From Eukaryota sp. TZLM1-RC (lineage: Eukaryota; Protista; Metamonada: BaSk clade): DNA of 64,000 nucleotides. The translations under genes were made by a program, and so were the position numbers. The stretch spans positions 186,001-250,000 of the forward strand of contig JAUPSS010000002.1 in the NCBI GenBank assembly GCA_040285825.1. The letters are read 5' to 3'. Under the pieces are notes generated by a model. The model made no database searches. It worked only from the letters and a program-made list of their open reading frames with translations, and was not told the DNA's origin. Positions 1 through 12,628 of this stretch are shown here, in pieces; positions within the stretch are counted from its first letter, which is position 1, and the number at the start of each line of letters is the position of its first letter.

Positions 1-268
1 TAAGCGAGGAATGTGCTTGTACCATACGCATTAAAATCTGAAGACAGGGTGCCTTCTGAGGAAGAAATTTCTTCAAGAACCACTTGACATGAGTGCTTAA
101 GTTCGGAGTTGCGACTGGTTTTGATGAGTTTTTCTAGTGTGAGGTGCAGGAAAGTTTGCATCGGCTAGCAGCACAAATATGCAAGACAGCAGTATTCTGT
201 TGATTAATGGTGGATGAAGATGAAACAACAAAAGATGATTCAGAACATTCTTCTGTAGAAGTTTTGCC

Positions 269-690
269 TCACCTCACTTCCTCAATAAATACTAATTGTC
301 TTTGTACGACAACACCATTGAATTTATTATTATTTAAATTGTCGTAAAAAGTAATTATTAAATTGAGACATGCTCGCTGTACCATTCTCCTGGCTGTTTT
401 TCTGGCAAACATACAACGATGCACAAGACAACGATAAACTGTTGATATTGAAACTTTTTTGTTCAGTTCCCTTTCAATTATTCTGTCAATTTCTCTCAAA
501 AACAACAATGGCTTTTTTCCAACAAGAGTGTGATATATTGAATGTCATTATCATTCATTTGAATTAGTGTCATAATGGCTAGGCGTGGTTCGGTGTGGTT
601 CGGTTTCCCCTTGTTTTTTTTCAAAAAGGTCAGAAAACCATCTTTAAATGGTATTTGATTGACCCTAAACCTCAAAATACAAGAGGGCAC
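269..690 (-). pseudogene. Tc1/IS630-like transposase relic (HTH region to first catalytic motif)
   Basis: Frameshifted ORFs 496-690 and 269-508. LFLREI..KKVSISTVYRCL resembles the winged HTH, and QLVFIEE resembles the lvFiDE motif. No TIRs found. Confidence 0.55.
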
Positions 691-1306
691 AAGTTGACAT
701 TAAGAAGTGTTATTCTGAGAGCAATACACAATTATGTAGTTTTTACTGATCTGCAGTAGAAATTGTGAAGAGAATTGTCTATTGCAATACTTTTACGACT
801 TAAGTAAAGTTGAGAACAACCATTAATTAATAATGATTAATAAGTTCCAACTCTACAACTTCCACGCAATCAAAACAACTGAACACTCATCATGTAATGT
901 GAAATTGAAAAATAACCAGCGGTTTATGTGATTTTCGCTTCATTCATTATATTAAACCCATCTTATCAAATTCATTAAACTAGAAAATTGTACATTTTTA
1001 ATAGTGTTTGAGAGTGAAAATGATAATGTATTGAGCAATTCATTTTTTGAATTTTGGATTTTTTTATTCTTGGTGCAAAACTTTTGCCACCAGCCACCAG
1101 CCATTTGAGAGTATTATGTATTATAGTCAATAAATTTAACTAAAAAAATTCTAAATACTATTTTTTGGATGGTCAATGAGTTTGTTGACACTATTTTATA
1201 TTAAATGTCCAAAATAATGGTCAACTATGTTAAAGTTGAATCACCTAAAAGATGAAGTCACACAAAAAGAAGTCAATAAACCATGAAGCAAGTTTATAAA
1301 CAAGAC

Positions 1307-2728
1307 TTAGCCATTAACCACATTAGGCAAACGAAAAGCTAAAACAAAAACTAATAAATAAATAATCAAAGGCCAAACTCCAATTAAAAAAGGTGATTGA
1401 AAATAGAGAAAAAACCCAAACAGTAATCCACCACTGAGAGAACCAATCATTCTAAAAATAGAAACAGCAGAGTTCAAAGCTCCGTGAATGAGCCCCGTCT
1501 GACTGGATTTATTACAGTTGACTGTCATTGACAACGCACAAGAACCACATATCCAGCCAATAGCACAAAGAAAGATCGACAAGAACAGTACAGGCCAAGT
1601 AAGATTTTTAGAAACAAACACCGCAAAAGGACTGAGAAAATTCCCAACTCCAATACAAATTGAACCCATCATAAAAACTTTCTGTAAACTCAACCAATTC
1701 AGTAACCTCTTGAAGAACAACACTTGAAAAGATACGCATAACAGACCAAAAATTAAGAAATGGATGCCAGCTAATCGGGGTGTAAAACCCAAACCTCCTT
1801 GCTCCAAAGGTAACGTATTGAATAAAACCAAAACCACCAAAGTTGTGCCGTTTCCTAATTGATTGAAACAATAAACCAAGGAACTTTGGAGTAGAGTCTT
1901 ATCCTTGCTTATTAGCAACAAACCATTTACAAAACCCGCCTTTGACTGACATGTGGCTTTTGGATCTTCATCTGGTGAGCTGTTGAGTAAGGAGGACTCT
2001 GGTGTGATAACATCAACTTCTGAAAGCACATCTGGGGTTGCCAAAAAAGAAACCTCAGAGTTGATAACTGAGGAAACTCTCGGGATGGAAACTGATTGAC
2101 CTTGAGTTGATTGACTGACATTTGATTGAACATGTCTATTATCGTGAACGTACAACGACACAATCAAAGCTCCAAAAATTTGAAAACAGACAGCAAACAA
2201 AATAGGCAAAGAGAAAGGATCATACAAAAAACCCCAATCAACATCTAAAACCAAAACACCGCCGATTCCGCTTGCCAAGGCCCTTGCTAGAGAGAAAGCA
2301 GCAGCAGAATAAGCAAAGGACAGACAACGCAGTTTTGAATCATGTTTGGTGAGGTCTGAGATGAAAGCAGAGCAGAGAACCCACGTGGCGTTGAGGGAAT
2401 AACCAAGAATTCTAGAAATAAATATCCAATAAATGTTAGTTGAATAGGCAAGGATGGATAGAGAAAGAGCGTTTGAACTTAAACCAATCAATAATAAGAA
2501 TTTTCTAGAAACAAAATCACTGAAATGGCCGATTAAAAGAGAAGATAACATCAAACTCAGTGACACGACCCCATCAAATACACCCATTAAAGAACCAATT
2601 GTACCTTCAGTGAGTTGGAACCTTGAACGTAAGAGTTCAGGAAATATGACAGAGGGCAAGGTGATGGAGAATGCATCCACTACAATGGCAAAGAATAAAG
2701 GGGTTGTGATCTTCCAATAGTTCTGCAT
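1307..2728 (-). CDS. Major facilitator superfamily transporter (DHA1/TetA-like)
   Basis: 473 aa, about 12 hydrophobic segments, motif A-like GHFSDFVSRK, central hydrophilic loop. Confidence 0.9.
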   Translation of the reverse strand: MQNYWKITTPLFFAIVVDAFSITLPSVIFPELLRSRFQLTEGTIGSLMGVFDGVVSLSLMLSSLLIGHFSDFVSRKFLLLIGLSSNALSLSILAYSTNIYWIFISRILGYSLNATWVLCSAFISDLTKHDSKLRCLSFAYSAAAFSLARALASGIGGVLVLDVDWGFLYDPFSLPILFAVCFQIFGALIVSLYVHDNRHVQSNVSQSTQGQSVSIPRVSSVINSEVSFLATPDVLSEVDVITPESSLLNSSPDEDPKATCQSKAGFVNGLLLISKDKTLLQSSLVYCFNQLGNGTTLVVLVLFNTLPLEQGGLGFTPRLAGIHFLIFGLLCVSFQVLFFKRLLNWLSLQKVFMMGSICIGVGNFLSPFAVFVSKNLTWPVLFLSIFLCAIGWICGSCALSMTVNCNKSSQTGLIHGALNSAVSIFRMIGSLSGGLLFGFFLYFQSPFLIGVWPLIIYLLVFVLAFRLPNVVNG

Positions 2729-2835
2729 ATGATGGATTTGAAAAGAAAGAAGAAGGAAAGAAAGAGTGGGTTGGTAGAGGAATGTTCAAACCTTAGAACA
2801 AGATGGGTATATGTAAGGGTTTCAATAAGCTGAGG

Positions 2836-3111
2836 TTAGTAGTTTGGTGAAAGTGCACCAGCTGTGTGAGTAGCAGAAAACTGAACTGGAGATGGTGTTG
2901 ATAGGGAGGGCTGGGGTAATAGGAAAGAGTCATTGGGACTTGAAAGGATCGGACTGAGACCAATACGAGTGCGAGTATCATCTTGTGGTGTAGTAGTGGG
3001 GGAATGGCTGACAGGAGCGAATGATGGATTGTTGTTTATCCGTGAGCGTCTCAGTTGCTCTAAATCTTCGGCCTGTAGTTGTAAACGAGATGGAGGCATG
3101 GCGAACGACAT
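2836..3111 (-). CDS. Small protein, possible APC/C subunit Cdc26 (APC12)-like
   Basis: 91 aa. PSRLQLQAEDLEQL resembles the Cdc26 N-terminal PTRLELKLDDIEEF, RIGLSP resembles RIGYKP, and the tail is low complexity. Confidence 0.45.
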   Translation of the reverse strand: MSFAMPPSRLQLQAEDLEQLRRSRINNNPSFAPVSHSPTTTPQDDTRTRIGLSPILSSPNDSFLLPQPSLSTPSPVQFSATHTAGALSPNY

Positions 3112-3254
3112 TTGTTTGTCAAAGAGAAATGAAACAAAGAGGCTTTGTCAAAGACCACATTAATGACATTCATTGAACTCTCAACAAAATAAGGTTAAAA
3201 TTCATTGAAACAAGACTTAAATACAAAAAAAGAATTGTTCTACTAATAGTCACA

Positions 3255-3740
3255 TTTATTGAGCATGCACACTTAATTAAATTAATTCATAACTAATGGG
3301 ACGAATATCATTGAACCAAGATTTCCTCTAGAAAATCTTGATCTGCTTGCTGTCTAGCTAAAGCTTCTCTTATTCGATTGAAAAACCGAGGTAATGTATT
3401 AATAATGGCAAATTGAATCCGAAAACGCCATAAAAAAATATCAAATCTTTTCATTGTTGTTTCTTGAACCATATTTTGGAAGTCATTCAAAAGTTTCTGC
3501 TTCAACTGATAATCTTTCGTTTATCAAAAATGAGAAAGCAATAAAAACTAGCTGTGTATTTTTACCAGCATTAGCTTTTTCAATAACTTTATCATATTTT
3601 CTATGTTTTTCTTTTGCTTTAAAATCAAGAGCACTCACAGGATTAAGTTTTCTTCTATGAACCAAAGTATTATTTGCAACATTACATGACACCTATCACA
3701 GTATACATCACCTCTATCATCAGAACCAAAATCATTTAGT
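3255..3740 (-). mobile_element. CRE-like non-LTR retrotransposon family A, degenerate 3' fragment
   Basis: Clearly homologous to the 3' end of the element at 8593-11933 (HRRKLNPV..REALARQQ plus 3'UTR). Confidence 0.9.
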
Positions 3741-3779
3741 ACAAAACACTTTCATTATTAAAAAAAATTCATTTTTCCA

Positions 3780-6700
3780 ACGAGAAATTAAACAACGAGC
3801 TTAAAAATCTAAATCTTTATATCCCAAATCAGCCAGAAAGAATTGACTGGAAGTTTATTTTTTGACATAGTCTACAAACCAGGTGAGAACAACCACTGGG
3901 CAGATGTGCTATCGAGGAATGTCGATCCTGATCAAGACGAGGAAGCTCCATCAATTTGTGGCATAAATATACCAAATACTTTACTCTCAAATTATGAGAT
4001 ACCATACTAGCTGATACCATACTAGCTGATGACACTGAGGAACATGAAGATAACCCCTCAATTTCATCTCTAAGTAGACAACAAGACTTACCTATTTTTT
4101 TCTTGGTGATTCTCACAGATAAGATCTGAACAACAAATAGCAAAAAATATTAATGATGCTTTATTCAAAATTAATTCTAGATGAAAATACCAGAGTGGCA
4201 CCTTTTTGCTTGCACGAATGAAAAAAACGCACTTTTGGAAAAAACGCATTTTTTTTTGTTGATTTGGAGTACCATTGTTTAAACGAAATTCTCGTTACTC
4301 TAATACCGCCTCATTTATTCTTCTCCTCTTCTGTCATACCTCGCAAACGAGACATCGCTTGGGATTACGTTATAGAACTTTCATGTTATGACTCTGACTC
4401 AGATTGTACAATAAATCTTAATTTACCCGAAGTTATCCCTATTGAAAAAAATTACACACACCAATGTGTTTATTGCTCGTTGAAGTACACTCCAGGTTCC
4501 GCTACACGCATCAAAGACCACATTGTGGGAGTTCCACCAGGAGAGAGAAGCAACATCTCTGTTTGCATGGAGGCTCTCCGAAAAACAATAATGAAACCTT
4601 TAAATACTCAGCTTAGCACACTATCTCTTTCTGCAAAAAAAACGGCTCTTTTTTATATCTGAAGGTACTCCTATCAAAAAAACCATTAGATACATTTATT
4701 TCTAATGGGAAATTGAAAGCCGCAAGAACAGCTGTTGGTGACTTTTTCTATGGCTGTGGGATACCATTGCGCATCATTAGAAGTAAGTGGTTTTGAAAAA
4801 TGATCAAAGCAAGTGCCGCAGCAGCCCCATCTGTCCAAAAAATCGGTTATATTGCTTTACGTACTACCATGCTCGATAACCGTTACGAAGATGCAGTCGC
4901 AGAAAGAAAAGCAGCCATCAACAACATTTTTGATATTGGATGCACAGTAATGGCAGACTTGTTCATTTCAGTGTAAAAACATTCATTGACTGGTATCATG
5001 GCATCAACAGGTAACTCGGTATTACACTTGAAAACAGTCCATAACGATGCCGTGTCACAAAATGGTGATTTCCTAAAAGAGGTTTCAGAACAGGTAATCG
5101 GTGAGTTAAAAGTCGTCAACATCGTGACGGACCAAATATCTGCTTATGTAAATGCTGAAATCAGGCTTAAACTAGTTGATTGTAATACGCCATTGTCAGC
5201 AGAAGTTTTCTTTTAATAGAAGAGGCTAAAATAGAAATGATTAATTATGAGGGAATCATTATCACCGACGAGAGGAAGAATCTAATCATTGCAGCGTTTG
5301 ATGACCAAACCAGTCAATTAATAACCGATTTCTACGTTGCTTCTGCGATGCTGAACCCAAAAAATTATCTTCCTGAAAGACTAAATTTTCCTGAACGTTT
5401 ATTTGATGTGAGTAAATTCCAAAATTTTGTGTTAAAAACAACCAGTTACAACAGTGATTAGGCACTAGACCTACTGCGTCAATTGTCTGTTTTTTAGGGA
5501 TTCAATAATCACACGAGTTTTGGAAGGCCCTTAGCATTAGCAGGAAGAGAGAAAGAAAATTTTAATGCTATGATCTGATGGCAGCAGAGTAATTATGACG
5601 CACCTGAGCTTAAAAAACTGGCATTAAGAGTGGTGTCCCAATTTGTGTCTGCTTCTGCCGTTGAGAGATTGTGGAGTCTACATGACTCGATTCATTCTAA
5701 GCGTAAAAATAGACTCACCGAAGAGCGTGTAGACAAGTTAATAGCAGTGTATAATTTTCTGACAAGTTGTCCTCAAGAAGAAGATTGTGAAGAAGACAAC
5801 AAGACGGAAGAGTGTATCGAAGTATTGAATGTTTGCTGTCACTTGTTTGAAGAAATAGATTGAAAATCTTAGTTTCTTAGGCAATGAACTGATCTATTGT
5901 TGGTGTTTTAGTTTTACAATAAATTATAGTTGCAATGTGTGTACTTGTTACATTTAGTATAAAATTTCATCCAAAGTTAGGATATTCATTCGGAAAAAAC
6001 GCATCTCTGACAAAAAAACGCGTTTTCGTTGGGGGTGCAACTCTGGAAAATATTCAAATTTGGAAAAATAATAGAAACAAAATATTAATTCAGTTTCAGA
6101 AAACATGCATTGTTATTGAATGGTTTGGTTCAATTTGGTCACCCGAACAAAAACGATAGTTTACACAAACTATCCAAAAGTGATTTTTACAGGCCTAATA
6201 TGAGAAAAATTCTAATAAACCATATCAAAAGATGCCCAACTTGACAAAAAACGGCTCCAGTAAAAAGATCAAACACACCTTTCACAGGATTTGTATGAGC
6301 AGATTGTCCATTTGCAAGACTAAACGTCGACACAATTGGACCTCTCTGATTACTGATAACGAAGAAAACTAATATATATTAGTATTTGTAGATTCTTTTC
6401 CTGAATATAAAATTTTAGTCCCTCTTGAAGAACTCAATGCTTTGAAAACCGCAGATGCTTTGACTTGAAAAGTTTGCGCCATCTTCGGCATATTAATGTT
6501 CGCCAATGAGACTTTCAAATTGGTGTGTAATAGATTAGCTATTGAGGTGAGTAACTCAATACCCAACTATTAAGAAAGTAATGGACTGGTAGAACGTAAA
6601 CATAAAGACGTTCTTCAATGTTTAAGGAAACTATAAATGGAATGGACCATTCTTAGTTATTGACATTCACTCCAAATCCACTTTATTATTAAAGAATTTT

Positions 6701-7201
6701 ATCATTGGCACCGAATTAAAAGCTTCTAAGAAAGATTGTAAAATCTATAACGCTGAAAATCCACACGATATTGAATTCCTGAAAAAAATCGCAGCAGGCG
6801 ATGCTGAAAAACATGCTATAGAGAAAATCCTCTCAGAGTGTAGCTCTGACTCAAATAGTTTCTGTACTGTTCAATGGTTTGGCGGTGAGGCAGCAGAACA
6901 GCCTCTCCATTCGATTAAACACTCAGAAGCTTATAAGTTGTTTAGTAAGTATAAAAAGAAAATTGGTAAACGTACTTCTGGCCAAAGTAGAGGTACCTCC
7001 AATGAGTCTATAGCCCTTAAGAGGCCGAGACATAGTAATAGAATTAGGAAGCGTAGCTGATTCTCAGAATTTTTAGATGTTAATAGTTATTTGTTTATAG
7101 TTTAGTTTCATATTTATATAAGCTGATTTCTTTTGATAAGGGAAGAATCAGTGTTGGCGCCCTGAAGCTTATATAATATGGATAGAAAATTGATCAACTT
7201 T
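3780..7201 (+). mobile_element. Degenerate Ty3/Gypsy pol relic (RNase H end, integrase, chromodomain, PPT, partial LTR), interrupted by a hAT element
   Basis: PGENNHWADVLSR at ~3880; IQIWKNNRNKIL just after the hAT; DTIGPL at ~6329; SNGLVERKH at ~6580; AAGDAEKHAIEKIL at ~6790; PPT AAGGGAAGAATCAG then TGTTGGCGCCC at 7152. Confidence 0.8.
4191..6045 (+). mobile_element. hAT DNA transposon with decayed transposase
   Basis: 12-bp TIRs CAGAGTGGCACC / GGTGCAACTCTG (1 mismatch); 8-bp TSD GAAAATAC / GAAAATAT; subterminal AAAAAACGC repeats; BED finger (CVYC..RIKDH); C-terminal SASAVERLWS..RKNRL. Confidence 0.92.
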
Positions 7202-7792
7202 ATTGAAACTTCACAACTTGAGGCAACAGAAGATGCTTTCTGATACTCTACTTTCTCTTAAATATCATATGAAAGAGTTGCGTCTAGTTGTTTTGTTTTC
7301 GGACAGATGCATCAGTTAACTGTTTATTTATAAGTTGTTTAATAAATATATTTACTTAAAAACAACAGTTTTACTCAGGTTATAATAGTCCGATTGCTTT
7401 CTGACTCAGGACAATAAGAAGAGATGTAGATTTCCACAGATGAGGAATATACTCCATTAATAATAAATGAATTTTCATTATCATTTTAGTTTGATCTCTG
7501 GAGAACTGAATTCAATTGTGGACCTTTAGATTATCTTGATTCGAAAACCAAGATAGTGCTTTAGGATTATGATATCTGTTAATACTGCTATAGAACCACT
7601 TAAGATGATAAAACAAAACAAACGATGCGATGAATAACGTTGAATCTTATCCATCCATTAATCCTTCTGTAATTGTTTAATTTTAAGCTGACAAAAACAA
7701 GTGGTAACAAAAAGAATTTGAGCTAATTACAACACATACACTGTAGACTTTACAGTAACATCAGCTGGTGATTCAATTTTATCTCTATCCAT

Positions 7793-8275
7793 ATGATTCA
7801 AACGCTAGGGAACCTTGCTGAGCTGGCAGTACTGGAACTTCAAAACGAATTGACCTTTTTGGGGAACATTGAACCTTCGTTACTGGATAATGTTGTTTCC
7901 AAAATGCAACGTTCAAACTTTAAAAGAATCTTCCAACAAAACCCCTGTCTTCAAAATCATTTCGATCATGTTTGGCAGTCGATTTGCATCGAAGAATTCC
8001 CACAAAGGACAAGAACTTTGGTCAACAATCGAGGGCCTCCAGCAAGTTGGGCAAGTTTCTATTTTAGACTTGAATTTGAAAGAGAAAAACTGGCAAAACT
8101 GAGGATTCAGCGACTTAACGACAAGAAGTCTATCACAATCATAGAACGTGCACCAACTATTTTGAGAGTAGATCAGCAACCGTCCAGAATTGTCAGAAAC
8201 CCATCAAAAAAAAGACATCCTCTATTTACTCAGAAGCATAATCAGTACATATCTCTTGCCAGGCGAAAAAAATGA
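7793..8275 (+). CDS. Elongin A (Pol II elongation factor SIII subunit A)-like protein
   Basis: 160 aa; BC-box-like N-terminus, then LGNIEPSLL..QQNPCL..VWQSICIEEF..SWASFY..EREK, the Ela1/ELOA core pattern. Confidence 0.7.
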   Translation: MIQTLGNLAELAVLELQNELTFLGNIEPSLLDNVVSKMQRSNFKRIFQQNPCLQNHFDHVWQSICIEEFPQRTRTLVNNRGPPASWASFYFRLEFEREKLAKLRIQRLNDKKSITIIERAPTILRVDQQPSRIVRNPSKKRHPLFTQKHNQYISLARRKK

Positions 8276-8592
8276 GGTTGTTGAAATGCACCAACGTCCT
8301 TACAGTAAATGTTATGGTAGTTTTTATTTATTTTTAAATCTTTCCACGACCTATAGAAAATCAGAAAATGCTGCAGATTCACATTGTTTGTTGTTAAATT
8401 TACAGTTCCAATATAACAAATAAATAAAATAGAACTACTGAAAAAACTGAAAAAATTGAATAGAACTGTGACAAAGACGGAGCCCTGTGATTTGAGATCT
8501 ATTTTATTGAATTAAATGACCATTATTGATCAAAGGAATAGTATTTTGTCTACTTGAACGAAATCTAAGTTTACTAATACGATATAGTATAA

Positions 8593-11500
8593 TTTTTTTT
8601 TCTTCCTCTACATATAACCGTTTAACTTAAAACCTGGCTGAACCGAGATCATTGCTTCTCTTCTTTCTTGTTGATGTCTGAATCAGTTTCTGATTCTAAT
8701 GGAGTCAAAAGAAAGAACGATAGTCAACAAGATGCTCAAGACGTCCTTTCCACCTCTCCTCCTCAACCTCTTCTCTCTTCATTTTTGGACAAAAAAAATT
8801 CTGATCAAGAATTTTTAGACAATCACGATGAAAAAAAAGTTTGTTCAAAAACAAAGCCACGCTCCTACAGATGCTCAAAGTGTCGACAACAGGGACATAA
8901 TGCTCGAACATGCCCCAATGTTGGAAAAAATGATGCGGCAAATTCTGAAACAAAATGTAAAAGAAAATTTATTAGAAGGAAAGAGTCTAAGGTAGAACCC
9001 ATAAATAATGCTCCACAAGTTGTTGCAAAACCAGTTAGCAATCGATTGAAGCACAAAACTTGCAACACTTGTGGTATTTCTTTTAGAAAAAATGCAAAGG
9101 AAAAACTTCTGATCGCTGCTTGAAATGCCGCATAGTTGATAACTACCATCCTCCTATAAGAATACCTCAAGAAATTCATCCGACCAAATGCAATGAATTT
9201 GCTTTCGTTTTTCAAAGATTTTTGGATCAATTATGTAAAGGAAAGTATGCTATCAATATTATTTGGGAATTTTTTGGTTCTTTTTGTCCTCCTTTTGAAC
9301 AAAATTTTGTTAATATTTCCGAAGATTTAACCAATATAGCACCGAGAAATCAGTCATCCGAGAAATTAAGTAAACTTTTTGAAGACAAATGCTTTGACAA
9401 CAAATGGTCCAAGGCTTTGTCAGCTTTAAGTCCCGGAGTCAAAGCACCGAACAATGAAAATACAGTAGATAAACTGAAAATACTTCATCCTTATGAAGAC
9501 CCTGTTATGGATCAAAATTTTTACGGCACATACTGGGAAAATTATCCATTGATGCCATCAGAAGTTTTTTCGGTTATCAAAAAGAGACCTCGTGGTAAGT
9601 CTGCCGGACTTTCTGGTATTACTATTGATCATGTAAAAGCCGCGATTATTTCTTCAGAAGATTGCCTTGGTTTATTGACCAAATTTTTCAACCAAATATT
9701 ATCTGGTCAACGCAAGTACCCAGAAGAATTAAGAAGTTCTCGTTTGACTGCACTTGTCAAAAATTCAAAAATGGATGTTCGTCCTATTGCAGTCTCTGAG
9801 AGCTTACATAATATTTTTTTCTGCGTGTTGCTTAAGCAGGTTCAATGAAAAAGCTAAAAAGATTTTATTACCCTTTCAATATGGTATAAATACTACAGAT
9901 GGAGTCTCTTCAGCGATTTTTGCTACTGATGTCTTATTTCGTCAAAATGAATCCAATGTTTGCATGTCATTGGATTTTAGTAATGCTTTCAATTCGCTAA
10001 GTCGTCGCAGTATCCATGGTGCTCTATTGCAATATATGCCAGAATTAATACCATATTTTCAATCAACATATTGCACATATTCTAATTTACATTTTGGTAA
10101 CAACATTTTGATTTCATCAAGTGGCGTAAAGCAAGGAGATCCGTTAGGACCTCTTTTGTTTTGTTTGGCCATTCATCCTATTCTACTGCAAATTCAAGAG
10201 ATGTTTCCTTCACTAAAAATGATTGCATATATGGATGATGTTGTGCTTATTGGTGAATTAAATATTGTGAAAAAAAGCAACTGTATGTTTTAAAGAATTA
10301 TTTACCAAAATTGGTCTCCGACTTAATTTACTTAAATGTGTTTTGTTATCGAATTCTCCAGTTTCCACAATAATTGATGATATTGAAATTCAAGCCAAAT
10401 TATATTCAATTGATGCTATTCGTCATTTGGGTTCGTTTTTAGGAAATAATGATGAAATTACCAAAAATTGTTTGAAAAGTTGAACTCAATTTCTGACAAA
10501 ATTGACCGAATGATGAATTTAGATATAAAAAAACACATCAAATTTACCATTATAAGACTGTGTTTTAGTTCCAATTTTAATCATATATTTCGATCTACAA
10601 ATCCTCTCGTCACTAGACCTTTGGCTCAAAAGTTTAATGAGTTACGTGCAAAAGTTCTGTCTCAATTACTGGGATGTAAAATGTTTCAAATTCCAGATCA
10701 TGCTTACCTTAGTCCACATCATGGTGGTTTAGGGTGGACGAAGGCTTCTATTCTTACCTCGTGTGCTTTTGTTGGTGGATGCAGAAATGCAATCTTTGAG
10801 TTCTCCGAAAGATTTGCAGATTGGGAAGATTTATTGATGACAACGCAAAGTTCCACTGTTTTTGCATTAAATGAAGAAATTTCAAGAATTGATGTAGAAA
10901 AATGGGGTCGATGTTTTCCCCAATCATTCAATGGCAATATTCCAGAAAAAAATGTTTTAAATTTGAAGTACACTCTTCGAACATTACAGAAAAGATTGAC
11001 TGGAATGTATGAAAAAGATCTTTATAATAATATTTGCAGCTCGGCTGTTTTAAATCAAGATCTTCACTCATTGTTATTGGAAAAGGGTGTTTGTGAAAAC
11101 AAGGTGTCAGATTCTTCACTTTTTGTAACCATTGTACCACGAAGATTTGGATTGTGTGCTACTAATGAAGCATTTGTAACAAAAATGAGATTATATTTGA
11201 ACATCCCCATTAACCAATTATTATCAAAAGAAAAATGTATTTGTTCGAATTCACCTCAACTCACTTTGCGCCATGCTCTAAATTGCTCTAAATTGATAAC
11301 TTATCGTTCTTCATTACATGATGCTGTTAGAGACACTGTTTTCAATATGGCACAAACTGCAAGGATATCGTGTATCAAAGAGCCCCTGCTGAAAGAAACA
11401 CTTTCTCTGAATAATTTTAGTTCTGATGATAGAGGTGATGTATACTGTGATTGGATTGATAATTCTGAAGCTATTGTTGACTTTGTCTCATGTAATGTTG

Positions 11501-11933
11501 CAAACGATACTTTGGTTCACAGAAGAAAACTTAATCCTGTGGCTGCTCTGGATTTTTAAAGCAAAGAAAAACATAGAAAATATGATAAAGAAATTGAAGA
11601 TGCAAATATCGATAGAAATACACAGCTGGTTTTTATTGCTTTTCCATTTTCGATAAATGGAAGATTATCAGTTGAAGCAGAAACTTTTTTGGATGACTTC
11701 CAAAAAATGGTGAAAGAAAAAACAATGAAAAGATTTGATATTTTTTTATGGCGTTCACGGATTCAATTTGCCATTATTAATAGATTACCGCGGTTTTTCA
11801 ATCGAATTAGAGAAGCTTTAGCTAGACAGCAAGCAAATCAAGATTTTGTAGAGGAAATCTTGGTTTAATGATAGTCGTCCCATTAGTTATGATTTAATTT
11901 AATCAAGTGTGCAAATTCAATAAATTAATAAAA
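8593..11933 (+). mobile_element. Full-length CRE-like non-LTR retrotransposon (family A): zinc knuckle, RT, CCHC finger, restriction-like endonuclease; ORF broken by frameshifts
   Basis: 11-bp TSD ATATAGTATAA at 8582-8592 and 11934-11944; CSKCRQQGHNARTC; RPIAV, LDFSNAFNS, GVKQGDPLGP, YMDD; CIC..HALNC..HDAVRD; RGD..VDF; AATAAA near the 3' end. Confidence 0.93.
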
Positions 11934-12628
11934 ATATAGTATAACAAAGCTATAAAAAACTACTCAAGACGCACAGAAAGACATCTAGATAAGCTCACAA
12001 GGGTAACTTATTCAAGAATCTTGAATGTCTGTTGCTCCAATACGAAATAAATGTCTGACTGTTTCCACCTAAACATAGAAAAATCCTGAAAAAAGCTGTG
12101 AGATAATTCAATGTATAGCCTTGTTTCTAGCTCGTTGTTATCACTAGGAAATTTTATGAAGAAAATGTTGTAGGTAAGTTTTCAATAGTAGATGTGGAGT
12201 TTGAGGAGATTTTTAGTTGTTACAATTTTGTTTTAATACAATATGTATCAAAAAAAGACTCGATATATATTGACCATTCATGATTCCACCAGTAGATGAC
12301 GATGGAGGTACCTTTAGAAATCTGCTCCCAACCACTGATTATTTCCTCAAGACTTGTTATCATTTAAATTTCACCGATGACGCATCTGTTCAGAGGCCGC
12401 AAGTATGAAAAGAATTTATTAGTCAGCTTTAACAACTGATTTGAAAGATGCGCATTCCTTCCCTAGTAGTCAATTTGTGATCCAATACCAACAGACCTAG
12501 AATGATGTTGAAAATCCCAACTAGTACGGTTAGGACTTGGAGTTTTTGTGGTTTCGTCTATTAAAAGAAATCTGTTTTATGAAGACTCAAAATAAGAATC
12601 AAAATATTCGGCTCTAACACTAAGTGGT

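Noticed and set aside
1-260. Possible coding fragment at the window start
   Set aside because: Stops in the frames read and no recognisable motif
3998-4030. 15-bp direct repeat GATACCATACTAGCT x2
   Set aside because: Simple slippage duplication inside a decayed element
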